This document shows positions 1 to 11,816 of a stretch of 64,000 nucleotides of DNA, piece by piece (the stretch's first letter is position 1; the number at the start of each line of letters is the position of its first letter). The translations under genes were made by a program, and so were the position numbers. Below the pieces are notes generated by a model. That model was not told where the DNA came from. It searched no databases and saw only the letters and a list, made by a program, of their open reading frames with translations. Source of the stretch: Raillietiella orientalis (lineage: Eukaryota); contig JAYWIR010000029.1 in assembly GCA_036172245.1 (NCBI GenBank), positions 1,426,001 through 1,490,000 on the forward strand, given 5' to 3'.

Positions 1-1140
1 ACGCGAGTGCTGCGATGGCTGGCTGCCGGACGCGGCGACCCAGAATCGTCAGCGATCCGGCGGCTGCTGGACCTGATGGCGGCCATGCCGCCCAGTCCGT
101 TGGGGATGCCAGCTCGGGCTCCCGAAGGCGTCTTCGAGGGACGCTTCCGAGTTTCGCAGCCCTGCGAACGCGTCCTCCCTTTCTACGGCACAGTCGCCTT
201 GCTCGCTCCGTTCCCCTCCTCTCGCGTTCTGCCAGCAGCAACGCTTTTTCGACGAGAGAGAACTCTCCCCGAAGCTGGTAAAAAGTTTCCTAACCAGAAT
301 GAACCTTCGTGTTGGCGCAAAGTTTCCAGTGACCTTTGTGGAGAACGCTCTTTTGTGTTGATGGCAATAACTGCGTACAGGATGACGCACTCGAGACGTT
401 CCTTTCGTTATGGAAGAATCGATAACGACATGTAATGTATGTAATCATGCAATGCCCATGCAGATGGAGCACCAGGGAAGGGGATGCCTCGTCCCGTTCA
501 AGTCGCACTTGGACTCGCCGATTATCCCGGTTTCTTCCGAGTCGGGATCTTGAGGTGCTCCTAGAAGCTTATAAAAAATTCCCTGGAAGAACTGATGTCA
601 CCTGCGAGTGCTCTCTCCAGCAGCTCGCGAAACTCGTGTCGTTGGAAAAGCCCCTTTCCCGTGCCCAGCCTGGGGCCTGCATGAGTGGCAAACGAAGTTG
701 GCGGAGCAATGAAAATAGGGATTCCTTCAGTTCGTTTCTTTCTTCTTCTTCTTTGTTTTGTTCTCTCTTCCTGTAGAATCGCAGGGAGGGAATCGACCTT
801 ATTTTCCAGAAGAAACTCCGTTCCTTGCGAACAGGAATGATTCGGGTTACAGCAAGGCAGAATCGTGCCAAGCAAAAAAAAAAAAAAAAGTATGGATGTG
901 CAAATTCGCACGATCAGTTTGCAGTGAAGCTGGGTCCGTCCTGATGAAGTCGATGCAGATGGATCCAATCGGTTTCAAAATAATCCCGGCTGAACCGCCT
1001 GCGTCTCTAATTCTCTGCTTTTACAAAAAAAAAAAAAAAAAATGGAGAGACGGAATCGAAAAACATGGAATTAAAACTTTCATGGATCATGGAGTGCGAA
1101 ACCGATTTCTGAAAGAACTTCGGAAGTTCGAGAACTCCTA
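1..1140 (+). CDS. 3' part of a putative multi-exon gene of unknown product
   Basis: Three consecutive + ORFs (7-435, 435-776, 758-1141). A GT-AG intron at ~432-463 (gtaatg...gcag) joins the first two in frame. A poly-A intron-like stretch precedes a last exon DGIEKHGIKTFMDHGVRNRFLKELRKFENS*. No recognisable domain; exon structure unresolved. Confidence 0.35.
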
Positions 1141-2449
1141 ATGGATTTCAATGGAGACATTTCATTACAAAATACTTTTGTTGTTGTTGTTGTTTTGTGT
1201 GTGTTCTCTGCTGCATCTTCGCCAGGATGCTGGCAGCAAACAGACAGAGGATCGGACGGAAAGGAACGAAAGGATAGTGAGGAGTTTTGCAAAGTGGAAA
1301 ACTTCTCCTTCAAGTGCTTCATAATAGACAACTGAAGTTGTGCGTCCATGGTGATGAATTTCGCATTCGCTGTGATGGCAGTTTCTTATCATCTTATCTC
1401 CGTAACGCTTGGCTTAGCTTCAGCTAGCAGTGAATGAATGGGAACTGATAATAATAAATTGAGGATTATGATAATAATAATAGAGCTTTAACGGCGCCTT
1501 AATTCAAAAGTCAAGAGATGCCGCTAATTTCTTTTCCACAAAAGTTTATAGTACTACTAAAAGGTCACGCAATCACAAAACAAATAAGCAAGACTTCACA
1601 CTGCTTCTCAGATAAGCAGGATTATTCTTTTTTTAGTTACAATTCGTTATGCGGAGTGAACCACCAACTTGTACTGATCGCGCATAGGCGAAAGGACGCC
1701 ATTTTTATTAAGTTAGCGGCAGCATCTTCATATGTCATCCGGCAAAATGTACCGGTGCTAATCGTTCCGAAACTTGCCGTGGCAAGCAAGGGGTAATGCC
1801 CACGTACTGAGGTGCTGCCACACGGATTCCGTCGGTCCTTGGATCAGTACCAGATCTGTGTGCACTTCGAAGACAAAATGCTTCCTCGAGACAGTGCGGA
1901 AACTTCCTTTGCTCAGTGGATTTTTTTTTAGAGGCACCAGTTTTCCTGGGAAAGGTCGATCTGGTTGACCCCTCCGTTGCATTTTGTGCAGCTCATATCA
2001 AGTGTAATGTAGAAATCGAAAATTTAAGAGAGAAAAGTCTTCTTCAAATGTCCAAAATTTCACTCTCGATCCGCTTGTTATAAATCATGTTCTTACACGA
2101 AGACAAAACGCGTGCCGTGTCTCTTGGCACTGACTCACGTCCTGAACGGCACAATGGCGGAGTTCCGCATCCCGCCGTGAAGCTAGCAATGTGTTCCTGC
2201 AGTCAGGAGTATCCATAGGCAACTACGGACCCACCAGTTCATTCGTAGCTGTTTATTAATTTAGTTCAATGGATTTGTTGTAAAAGTTCTGCGAGATCCA
2301 AGAAAAAGTGGGTGTGACACGTGTACTGACTGTTGCGCACTCGACCCTTTCCAGATGGAGGTCCACGATCCAGATGGATCTTTTAAGTTGACTATTCTAA
2401 CAGGACGGAAGAGCTGTAACTGGTGGAATCAAATCTAAGAAACTTCTAG

Positions 2450-3250
2450 CCAGAAGCATTGCTATTTGTGTATTTATGGGCTTTTTCGGGATGTACATTT
2501 TTGAGAAAAGAACTTTCCATCAGTCCACCTTCCCCATGAAATATTCAGACATCCCTTTCAGAAAATTGGGGATTTCCTTTAACATTCGGCAAAAATGCAC
2601 CCTTACCACTGAAAGAGTGATGCTCGACGTGCAACCCATCATGGATGAGATTCACTGTTACCAAACAGATTTCTAAATATCTAATGGGAGTGAGAGTCTG
2701 CTTGAAAAGCCAGATCTTTCCCAATGAGCCAGTTTGATACATTCCACATATCTAGGTGTTCTGCTTTTGCATCTTATGAGAAATGAGCATCGCACTGGCA
2801 TTTTTTTTAGGATTTCATTTGAATTTCTTTAAGAGTGCCAAGGTTCTCCGGCTACTGTATGTCATCACATGAGTATGAGCCAACATGAGCTGCAGATTAT
2901 TATTAGCATTCCTATACCAAGGCACAATGAAACTGTTGTGAACGATCCAGCATGTTTTCCAGCTGCGAAGCAGTTCTGTTGATAGGTACCTCAACGGTCC
3001 ATGCAGCATGCAGAGCATGTTCGAACTTTGAAGCTCACAGGCAGCCTTCGACGAATCCAGATATTTCTAGGAAAGGGTACAGGGGAGGCAGCACTGTGTA
3101 TTCCTCTGGTGTCACTGAGTGGAATGAATGGTCTGTCTAACTCACACCTCAAAAGGAAGTGGTGAGCAATGTGACTTCTAGTTTATTCCTTGAAACAATT
3201 GCTCTTTTATATGCTCTGAACTCCGTGAGAAGTCATCCCTTATTTTTCGG
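2450..3250 (-). mobile_element. highly decayed non-LTR retrotransposon RT fragment
   Basis: The minus-strand peptide PFIPLSDTRGIHSAASPVPFPRNI (~3060-3135) weakly resembles RT domain 4 (GVRQGxxLSPxLFNI). Many stops. Confidence 0.25.
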
Positions 3251-4699
3251 CTATGAAGTTTTCATTCACGTATATTCTTGAAGATTACGTAACAACCTCA
3301 TCATCAGTTTTTTTTTTTTTTTTTCTTTCTTTCTTCATATATGCAATTCGGCCATCTTCCTCATTCGAAATGGATTCCGATACTTTCAGTCGTGAAGGAT
3401 CTTCCAGATAGGGACTGACTTCCAGATTTCATGTCCTCACCACAAACTGGTGATACCAAATGGCTAGGAGCGTTTAGTTAGTCTCTTGAAATCATCCGTG
3501 TATTTACTCAACGTTGTCATAGATAGTGATTTTTTTCATCTCATGAGGGTTGCTAAAACCATTGGATCTGAAGTAAAAGTGAAAAGCTAATGAGTGACTG
3601 CCTTTGCCTGGTCTTTCAGTATTTGGGAGTTTCCATAAAGACAAATATTTGCAAAGAACGCGCCGACGCCAAGGCAATCTCAATAACAAAGACTTGAACC
3701 TTTCGAATTACCAATAAGAAAACCGAATGAATACACCAACCATAACTGCATCAGGAAACCATGGCAATGTTGCCCAAGTTGCATGATTTCTCTCCATCCT
3801 TCTTTTTGCAGAGAAAGGGATCCTACCGTTGCATTCAGTCGGTGCATCCGGCACCTACTGTCATCTCGAATGCTTCTCTGCCTCCAACTGGGTTCACACT
3901 GAACCGCTGCAACTTGACATTCGCAACTGTTGCTTGCTTTGTTCTGCACTTTACTGACCACCTAAATGAGAATGAATTTGACTTCCGTGACCTGAATCAG
4001 AACCTTCGTTCGCCTGTTGTCTAGACGTCCGATGGCACAACAAAGAAAGAGTTGCCATCCCCATTAGAGAGTTGGCAGCCTCATTATATGTGCTGATATT
4101 AAGAGCCAAAAGGCAGGTTCTGACTTGTTCGAATCATCGTCCATGGGTCCAGTTCTGAATATCTAAGAGTTTTCCTCAAAACCATGCAACCTGGATACCC
4201 TGCCAATTTGAAGAAAGACGTCTGAAAGGCACGTTTCCATGAAGACTGGAATGACTCGTGTGGCCAATAATGGAGGCCGATCAGAGGAAAACAAAAGACA
4301 GAAAAGGAATCTTCTATGCTCTCTGGTATTCTCTTTACAAGACCTAGATAGCTACCCACGGTTATTTTTCGAGCTAGTGAAAGTCAGGCGTCATCAAAAT
4401 GGTGATCTTTATGGAGTTGTTGATGATGACGGTACAGAATTTTCACCCCCGAGTAGCATGTTCTCATTCCAGTATTCTCTATAATTCTTGTAACCTGAGG
4501 ACGGACAATTAAATGCTTTGCAACTCGCTCTTTTCAGAGATGCAAGTGCTTCGTTGGAGGTACTTCCCGGGAGCTTCTTAAACCACTCGTTCCCGTCGTC
4601 GAGGGGTAACACCTTTCCCAAGTGTTTCCCGAGTTCGGAATCCACGGTGCGAATACTCATGCAGCAATCAGCTGATGATAAAAAGAAGGTCGCGAATTA

Positions 4700-7500
4700 C
4701 TCAAATGTGAGACTGATCAGTTCACAGTTTGGGTCCAGTTTTTCCAGACTCCGGGCAGAAGAACCCAGCTGCGGATCGGCATCATTTCTCTTTGACATCA
4801 TGATTCATCTGCGAAGCAGTCGGCTTCGGGGTCCTCTTTCATCCCCTTTCAGGCAGCGGAAAGGACGTGCAGCAGGCAGGGTTGCAACAACGTCCGCAGC
4901 TCCGCCATCGGGCGTGATTCAAAGCATCTTCAGTGAAACAGATTCTTCATCCGAATTCTTGGATGGAAACCACCGCAGACAAAACTTGAACGCGTCTACG
5001 TTATCTCGTCACCTTCCTCGATGCCTCCGCACCCTTTGTTTCAGCATCCCTTCCTGCGCCCTCACTTTCCCTCTATGGATGGGCGCGTTCGACCATTCTG
5101 TTCTTGTTCAAAAGATGATTGGTGATTATCCTCTCGTGCTGCTGCCTGCTACTCTGTGCCGCACTGCTAGAGAAGGCGGATAGTCTCACCACCTCCATCT
5201 TTTGGAATCCAATCCTTCGTGTCAATCTCCATTCTCCACGGGGGAAGGTTGCCAAAGTAGCGTCTCTCTTTTTCGCGAGTCTCAAGTGCACGCATGGAGA
5301 CCTCGTCTCGAGCAAAGAGGATCTCGGGAGGTACTTCCGGTTAAGTCGCATCGTTCCGCACGCCAGATTCCCGCCTCCTTGGGGTCAACCTTCAACACGA
5401 CGTGTGACCAACGTTCACGGTTCTGGAAGGTAATCCTTTATCTCCACGATGAGTGCACCTGCCTCTCCCCTTCCCTTGCTCTTATCCTTGAGGCTCCCAG
5501 GCTTTCCGGACGCGTTCATTGGGAACAGAGGCGAGGGAAACGGATTAAGCAGTCAGCCTCCGTACCTTCTTCCGCTTCAGCAAATAAAGAATTCCCTCAG
5601 TCCACTCCCACTGCACTTGCCGCGAGCAGCATCCTGGCTGACGCTCCCTCATACGTGCTCGAACTCACGTCCTTCTCATCTCCGTGGAGATCTCATTCAT
5701 GAGACCGAGCCATGCGAGGAGACGGAGCTTTTCTCATTCTTTCCAGCCTCCTTGAGGATGCGCACACTATCCTTGGGCAGGGTCGCGGGCGCGGATCCGT
5801 CGCATCGGAAGGGGGAGTCCTCCGCAAAAATCGACCAAGAGTCGTTTCCGAGACGGGTGTGTCCACTGATGCTCCGGAAGCATTCGGGCCGCCGGTGCTC
5901 TCTCTCGAGAGGAGGAAGAGGCCTCGAAACGTCCTCCATGGTGAGCGGAGGAGGAAGACGAACCTCCGGTGCCGACTGTCTGCACACGGACGGGGCATGA
6001 TGGCGAGCAGTTCCAAATCGTCCCCTTCCCCCGGAACGTTCAGACCTTTCGAGAAAGAGTCGCAAAAGATCGACCATGAGAAACAGTATCTCCCAATCAG
6101 GAGGAAATACAGATCGGAGTAGGCAGTCAGCAGTCAAACCTCTTTCTTCTCACGAAGAGCATTCATTGCTTTTGTTTTCGAGTGCGATCTTTCTGTACTT
6201 GAAAAACAAAACTTCTCTTCCATCCGTCCACATCCCCAGCTTCCGATGGACCCCGTCTTTAGTTTGAGCAGCTTCCTTGCGTTTCTTGGATCCTTTGGAA
6301 TCTACTCGACATCCTGGCTCCGATGAAACGAGCGAGCGCGCAGCTCACACGATCTGCTCTCTCAGATGAGGCCTGCACGTGCACCTATTCTGCTGGGAGG
6401 CTCTCGTTCGTCAGCTTCCTTCCTTTCTTGTCTTTTTTTTTTTTTTCCTTTTTTTCCCTTTTCCTTCCCATCTTCGTCTCTCTCTCCCTTTCTCTCACCT
6501 TTTTTTTCGACTCGAGCTGTACGGGCCTGTCATTAACGCTGGCGAAAAAAAAATTCACCTACTCTTCCTCTCTAGCTGGATTGTCCCCGTCGGTCCATTA
6601 TCGACAAGAGCGATCACGAGCGCAGGAAGGCACTTTCTCTTAGCAGAGGACCGCTGGTCACCGGCGGTTGCTTGCGCTACGCCCTCCGACCCCCGGATCG
6701 GGCGCAGTGCAGGCTGCAGCTGGGGTCGAAGAGCCGGAATAGGCCAGCCCCTCGTGCCGCCATGCTGCATCCCCACGGGCTGTTCGCGGAGATGGACTTT
6801 CTCCCCTGGAGCCGGTCGAGACGCACGTCTGCTTGCTTCCTCCGTGCCTTCCGATGCAGGTCCCCTGCTAATTGATCATCGGTTAATTGCCGGAACCCGC
6901 CCTCCGCTGATTCGCTTTCCGCTTTGCGTACTTAGAAGTATCGACAAGAAGATTCCAGAACCGCAGCACCCACGGGATCGGTGAGACCCGCCGAGCAGAA
7001 GTGATGCTTCCGGTTTCTGCTGCAGGGTTCGTCCCATGACCTTCCATCGTGTTTCTTCCTTCCTAGAGCTGCGGGGGACTCGGCCCCCCTTGTTTGTTTG
7101 GAGGAGAAAGGGTTTCAACAATGCCTCCCTGGTTGAAACTCACGCCGGGCATTCTGCGAGCGGGAAGCAAGGCCCGCCGTGACCACGAGTGCAAGGCAGC
7201 TGAGGATAGGGGCTGTAGGGAGGGGAGGCGAAGTGAAACGGTACCCCAGTTCCGAGGATGAGAGATGGCGCTCGCGCTTTGGCCGCAGCTCTTCCCTGTC
7301 CTTCCAGGAAACCCAAAATGGATCTCGAAGAGATCGGAAGATGTTCTTCCGGAGGAGCTCCGGAAGAGGATCTGCTCCGGAGGATGGCGAAGAAGAAACT
7401 CTTTGAGGTGGAATACCCTTTGGGTAGAACGGATATCCAAGCCTTCGGCCAATCCGATGAGACGTGGGTCTTGGTCCCGATGAGGCAAAGGAAGGACGCC
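4700..7500 (-). mobile_element. decayed LINE ORF2 fossil (APE endonuclease + reverse transcriptase)
   Basis: Minus-strand motifs in the expected order. APE start-like RLIGLAEGLDIRSTQRVFHLKEFLLRHPPEQILF (ORF 7063-7638). RT domain 0-2-like PPLTMEDVSRPL...GSAPATLPKDSVRILKEAGKNEKSSVSSHGSVS (ORF 5697-6137; cf. GxFPxxWKxAxVxxIxKxGKDxxxxxSYRPISL). Weaker domain 3-5 remnants run to ~4.9 kb. Frameshifted. Confidence 0.55.
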
Positions 7501-8894
7501 GTCTAATTCGGTAGCAAAGACCGCACTCGGGTGCCACCTCTCCGCACCGTCAGAAAGAGGAAAAAGAAGGTGGAGAAGAAAAGTGGGAACCGACAGGCAG
7601 AGGGGCGCCAGCTCAGGTTCCCCATTGCCTCTCTGCATTTCGTTCCATGAATGGACGTTCCGATGTCACTTGGCTTTGCATCTCAGGGAAGAGCCGTAAC
7701 TCTCCCAGAATGTGTTCGTTTTTCGGAGATGCGCAAAAAGGAATCTGAACGACACTTATTAATCCATAATTTCCATGGTAGCGAAAGTGGAAATCAGTGC
7801 GTTTCGAAACTGCATTTTCGATTTAACATTTGAACTCTTCCTTGTTACGAAATCACCATTATTATGTGAAAGAGGAGGGCAGTCCAAGTCACACGCATTC
7901 TCGGCTCCGATCAGAACGTCTGCAATATAAATAAACGACTCCTTGAAATCTTATCCTGTGATGAGGCGCTTAAAGAGCGGATGCGCCGGCCGAAGCGTCG
8001 CAGAGACCGGCCGCTGTCCAGAGAAATCTCCCGGGCGTTTCGCAAAAACCACCGGAACCTTTTTTGTCATAATGTGTCAGAAATGGTGCTGTTATTTACG
8101 CTTGCGACTCTCGTCCGCGGTTTCCCGGACGACTGCAACCCGGTCGGCCTGCTCGCCGTTTCCGAAGAAGAGACCCACAAATTCGATAATTTGCTTTCGA
8201 CGAAAAATTCCTCGCGAAGAGGAACGCTCGAAACCACTAATTTGATGAACAGCCTTAATGGTGACGTGTATTAAATTGGCGTACTTTTATTTGGTAATTG
8301 ATGCGCATCTTTCGAAACAGTTTTTCTTTTCGAAACCTCTTCGATTAGGCCCTGGCATCCTCCGGTAAACGACCCATTTCTTCGAAACGCGCGGAACGCA
8401 GGATTACCGAATTATCAGAAACGGGAAACTGTGTGCCGTCTTTTTTTTTTTTTGGCCTCTGCCCAAGATCAGCTGCATCCCCCAGTATGCGGCCGCAGTG
8501 CTGTAGTGAGTTTGAAATTGGGTTTCCCGTCTACCGAGGTGTTCCAGCGCTCGATGAGCAGCTCCGCGAAAGGACCAAGTGTCTCGAAAGAATTCTTCTT
8601 GTGCCAGTAGCAGCAGCGGCAGAGGAGAACGAATCCCCGACCGCCCCGCGTCGGCGCCGGAAGCAAGGGGCACGAGAACTCTGGCACCGGAAGCACCCAG
8701 GGAAAATGTCTTTACGAGAAAATTCCGGCACGGATCGTGAGCTCGCGAGGAGTCCCGCTCAAGAGATCCGAAGCTCGGTCTGCCATGCGCTTGTCCTGGA
8801 ACGGGAACGGGAACCATGGCATTTCCACGATTGGTTCCCTAGGAAAAGTTGCGGCAAAGTGTTAACACCGGATCAGTATTAAAACGGATATTAA

Positions 8895-9408
8895 CCCTTT
8901 GGGTGCGGAGCTCATCAGATTTGACCGTTTTGTGTTGACGGCACGCGAGTCGCAGTTGCCACCTCTGTGAGCGGAATGCTTTTTCGCGTACCGCGTGCTC
9001 TATCAGAGGTGCCACCGTTTGACTTTATATAAAGTGCTGATTCAAGTTACTGTGTTATAATTGTTCGTTTGCACTAAAATATTGCAACAAAATATTTTCA
9101 TTTTTCCCAAACACATATAATTTATTTAAAAACTAGAATTCCAATAAAATCAATAATTCGTTCGAGTATGGTACAAAATAATTATACGCAGCACAACGAT
9201 AATATTATGCTATTCTCAGTTTTTCAGAGAGTCACCTCTCTAAAAAGCCGAGAATCGTCAGACGATAAAAACACAATTTTGTTTCCTGTCGTTGCTAAGA
9301 ACGTAAGCGCATGCGTCCGTCTCAAACATGGACAGTGTTCACTCGTGTCGCAAGTATAAGGTAAAAGCATTTGCCAGACGCATAGATGCGTCCATAGCAC
9401 TAAAAGGG
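8895..9408. mobile_element. non-autonomous piggyBac-type element (MITE), 514 bp
   Basis: TTAA at 8891-8894 and 9409-9412. Terminal IRs CCCTTTGGGTGC and GCACTAAAAGGG (10/12 match). Subterminal palindrome GACGCATAGATGCGTC at 9377-9392. AT-rich interior with no transposase ORF. Confidence 0.8.
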
Positions 9409-9732
9409 TTAATAATAAACAGCTAGTGGACGCTCGCGAGAAATGCAGCATGCAATGAAACTCATAAAGCAGCATTTTTTTTTGCTACTTAATTAATTTC
9501 TACTTAATTAATCATCTATTAACAGCTGGGTCATCGCCATCCTCCATGCATGCTAGAGACCTGTCCTTCACTGATTCGCTTGCCACTTCATTTACCAGAA
9601 GAAGCGGGCAAAAAACGCCAGCCGGCTGGTGTTCCGATCGACCGGGTAAAGGCTACGGAGGGAAGTGTGTGTATGACGTCTGAAGAGTGGATTCCCTCGG
9701 ATGTGGTGTTCGAGCGGTGGACCCTCCCATCC

Positions 9733-10295
9733 CTACCACAGAGCTGGTTGGTACCCCTTTTGGAGATTTGCCCCTCCAGAGTATCAGAAGCGCGCTGCTC
9801 TCCTCGGGGAGAGGACTCAGAGGAATTTCAGAGGAATTGGGAAGCGTTCCCCTGGGGCTCTTTTCAGAGGAGGAAACAAGGAATGGATCCTTTCCGGGGG
9901 TCCCTCCGGAGAAGAAATTCCAGGAGCTCGTCCTTTCCGAGTTCCTCTCGGAGAAGAAATAATGGAGCAGCCCGCTCCGGGGGTCCCTCCAGAGAGAATA
10001 AGGAAAAAGTTTCCAGGGCGAGGGTTCGCTTCGGGGTTCCCTTACCTTCCTGGATTCACAGGGTGAGAGGAACAGACTCCTTTCTCCGGGAGACTTCCTG
10101 GATCCACGTGGTGGTCCCCTCCTGGGGGTATCCCTAACTTGAAGAGTTACTGCACGCACCCTCGGGTGGTGTGGACAAGTGTTAAAGAGCTTTGCGAGCC
10201 CCTCCTGAGGAGCAAACGGTTCTTCAGCACTTGGTGAACCAAAAAAAAAAAAAAGAGCACCTGAAAAAGAAAAAAAAAAAACAGCTGGAAGGAAA
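9733..10295 (+). mobile_element. SINE-like family, 5'-truncated copy
   Basis: Aligns by eye to 59720-60180 (ACCAyrGAGCTrGTTG...CTCGGGGAGAG...GAGGAAAC...GGATCCTTTCCGGGGG...CCTGGATTCA...CTTGAAGAG...AACGGTTCTT...GCACTTGGTGAACC), followed by A-runs. Confidence 0.8.
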
Positions 10296-11816
10296 GATCC
10301 CAAAAAGACTTCCATCATCAAAGGCATGTTCAAAAGACGATAAATAAGAGGAACTTTCAAAATAAGTTGGCTGAGACGACAGCGCGACCGCGGAGCTGGT
10401 TCTACGCAGATGCAATTCGTCAGAGATGACTGCAAGTCGACCGCCGAAAGCCCAACGCCTATTTCAGAAATCCATGTTTTCAGAGATGCTTTCCTAGTGG
10501 ACCCAGCATTCCTGGAAAATGAGAGCGAAATGGCAGTGGTATATGGCTTTGGTATACGAATCAACTTGTAAAGAACGCTTCCGAGTCGGCGGTGCGGCAT
10601 TTCGTAACTGAGGAACGTCAAGCGAAATGGAGAAACGTCTGCACTCCGGTGGAAAAGACTCTGCATGAACAGTCGTGCCGAAATCATGAAATAAATGCTC
10701 TTTTGGTACACAAATCATCGCGTCTTTAAGCAAATGTGGAACACAGAATAATCTCACAGTGGCAGATGAAGCAGCAAGGTGAGTATCACGGAAACTTTTC
10801 CAGCATTGGGGAATCTGGGTATGAATGCCTCTGGAAGAAGTGCCCTGGAGGCATTTCCTCATACACACATGAATGGCTGGAATAGCTGCTCCTATATTCC
10901 CCATTACCAATGTAGTTGAGTGGAACTGCCCAACTTTTTCTTCCAATGTCTTTTCGAACTTGATGAACTGAATTTCCACGAGTCGCGTGGATTCACCTAA
11001 ACAAACTGGACGGATGAAGACAACAACAAAAAAAAAAAAACACTCCTCCCTAGGAGAATATTCAAACAAATTCAAGCTGCAGCTATAGGTCGATGCGTTC
11101 GATTGTAAATGATCCTGCGGACGAGAGGTCCGGATGAAAAATTCAAAAAAAAAAAAAAACAAAATAAAACAAAGCGATGGAAGATTCCGTTCTTGGAATT
11201 TTCAAAAGCAGGTTCTCGGATGCTGGGGATTTACCGCTGGATGCGCTGCTTCGACTGCAACGGTTAGTGTGTGAAAATGCGACTACGCTGACAGGAAAGC
11301 TCATTCGTTTCCGGTGACCATGTGGAAGCAGTTTTCCCAGCACAGCGAGCTGCGCACCTGATAAAGTGCATCGCGAGTGATATCGAAACCCTCGGTGGAA
11401 GGTCAGATCGCCTTTGTGTAACCTACCTGGTGCTCATCTGCACTCACTACATTCACCCATCTACAACCACCCCTGCTCCCCCTATTTACTTGGTCGCCTT
11501 CGTTGTTTTCGTCTTGCTACAGCTTTCTGGTGATTTCAGTTGTCAGGGATCATGCCTTGCTGCTTACTCTTCGCCATATATCCCGTATTCTTCTAGACCA
11601 ATTTCGATGGGGAGACGGCACCAACTTTCTAACAATCTCATCACCTTGTTTTGGTCTTTAGACATTCCCAACGTCCTCCACCATACCCATGCGTTCGCTC
11701 CCCACACTGATGCTCAAAGATACCTTACGACAAGAGAACGCGAGTATCAGGAGTCGCGGGATCTTGGAGTATTCACGGTGGATTCTCTTTGATGTCAAAA
11801 AGTTTTTTTTTTCTTT

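Noticed and set aside
9653..10711. 352-aa ORF, the longest in the track
   Set aside because: About half is the antisense of a SINE copy and its poly-A tail (poly-Phe runs), so it is not a credible single-exon gene.
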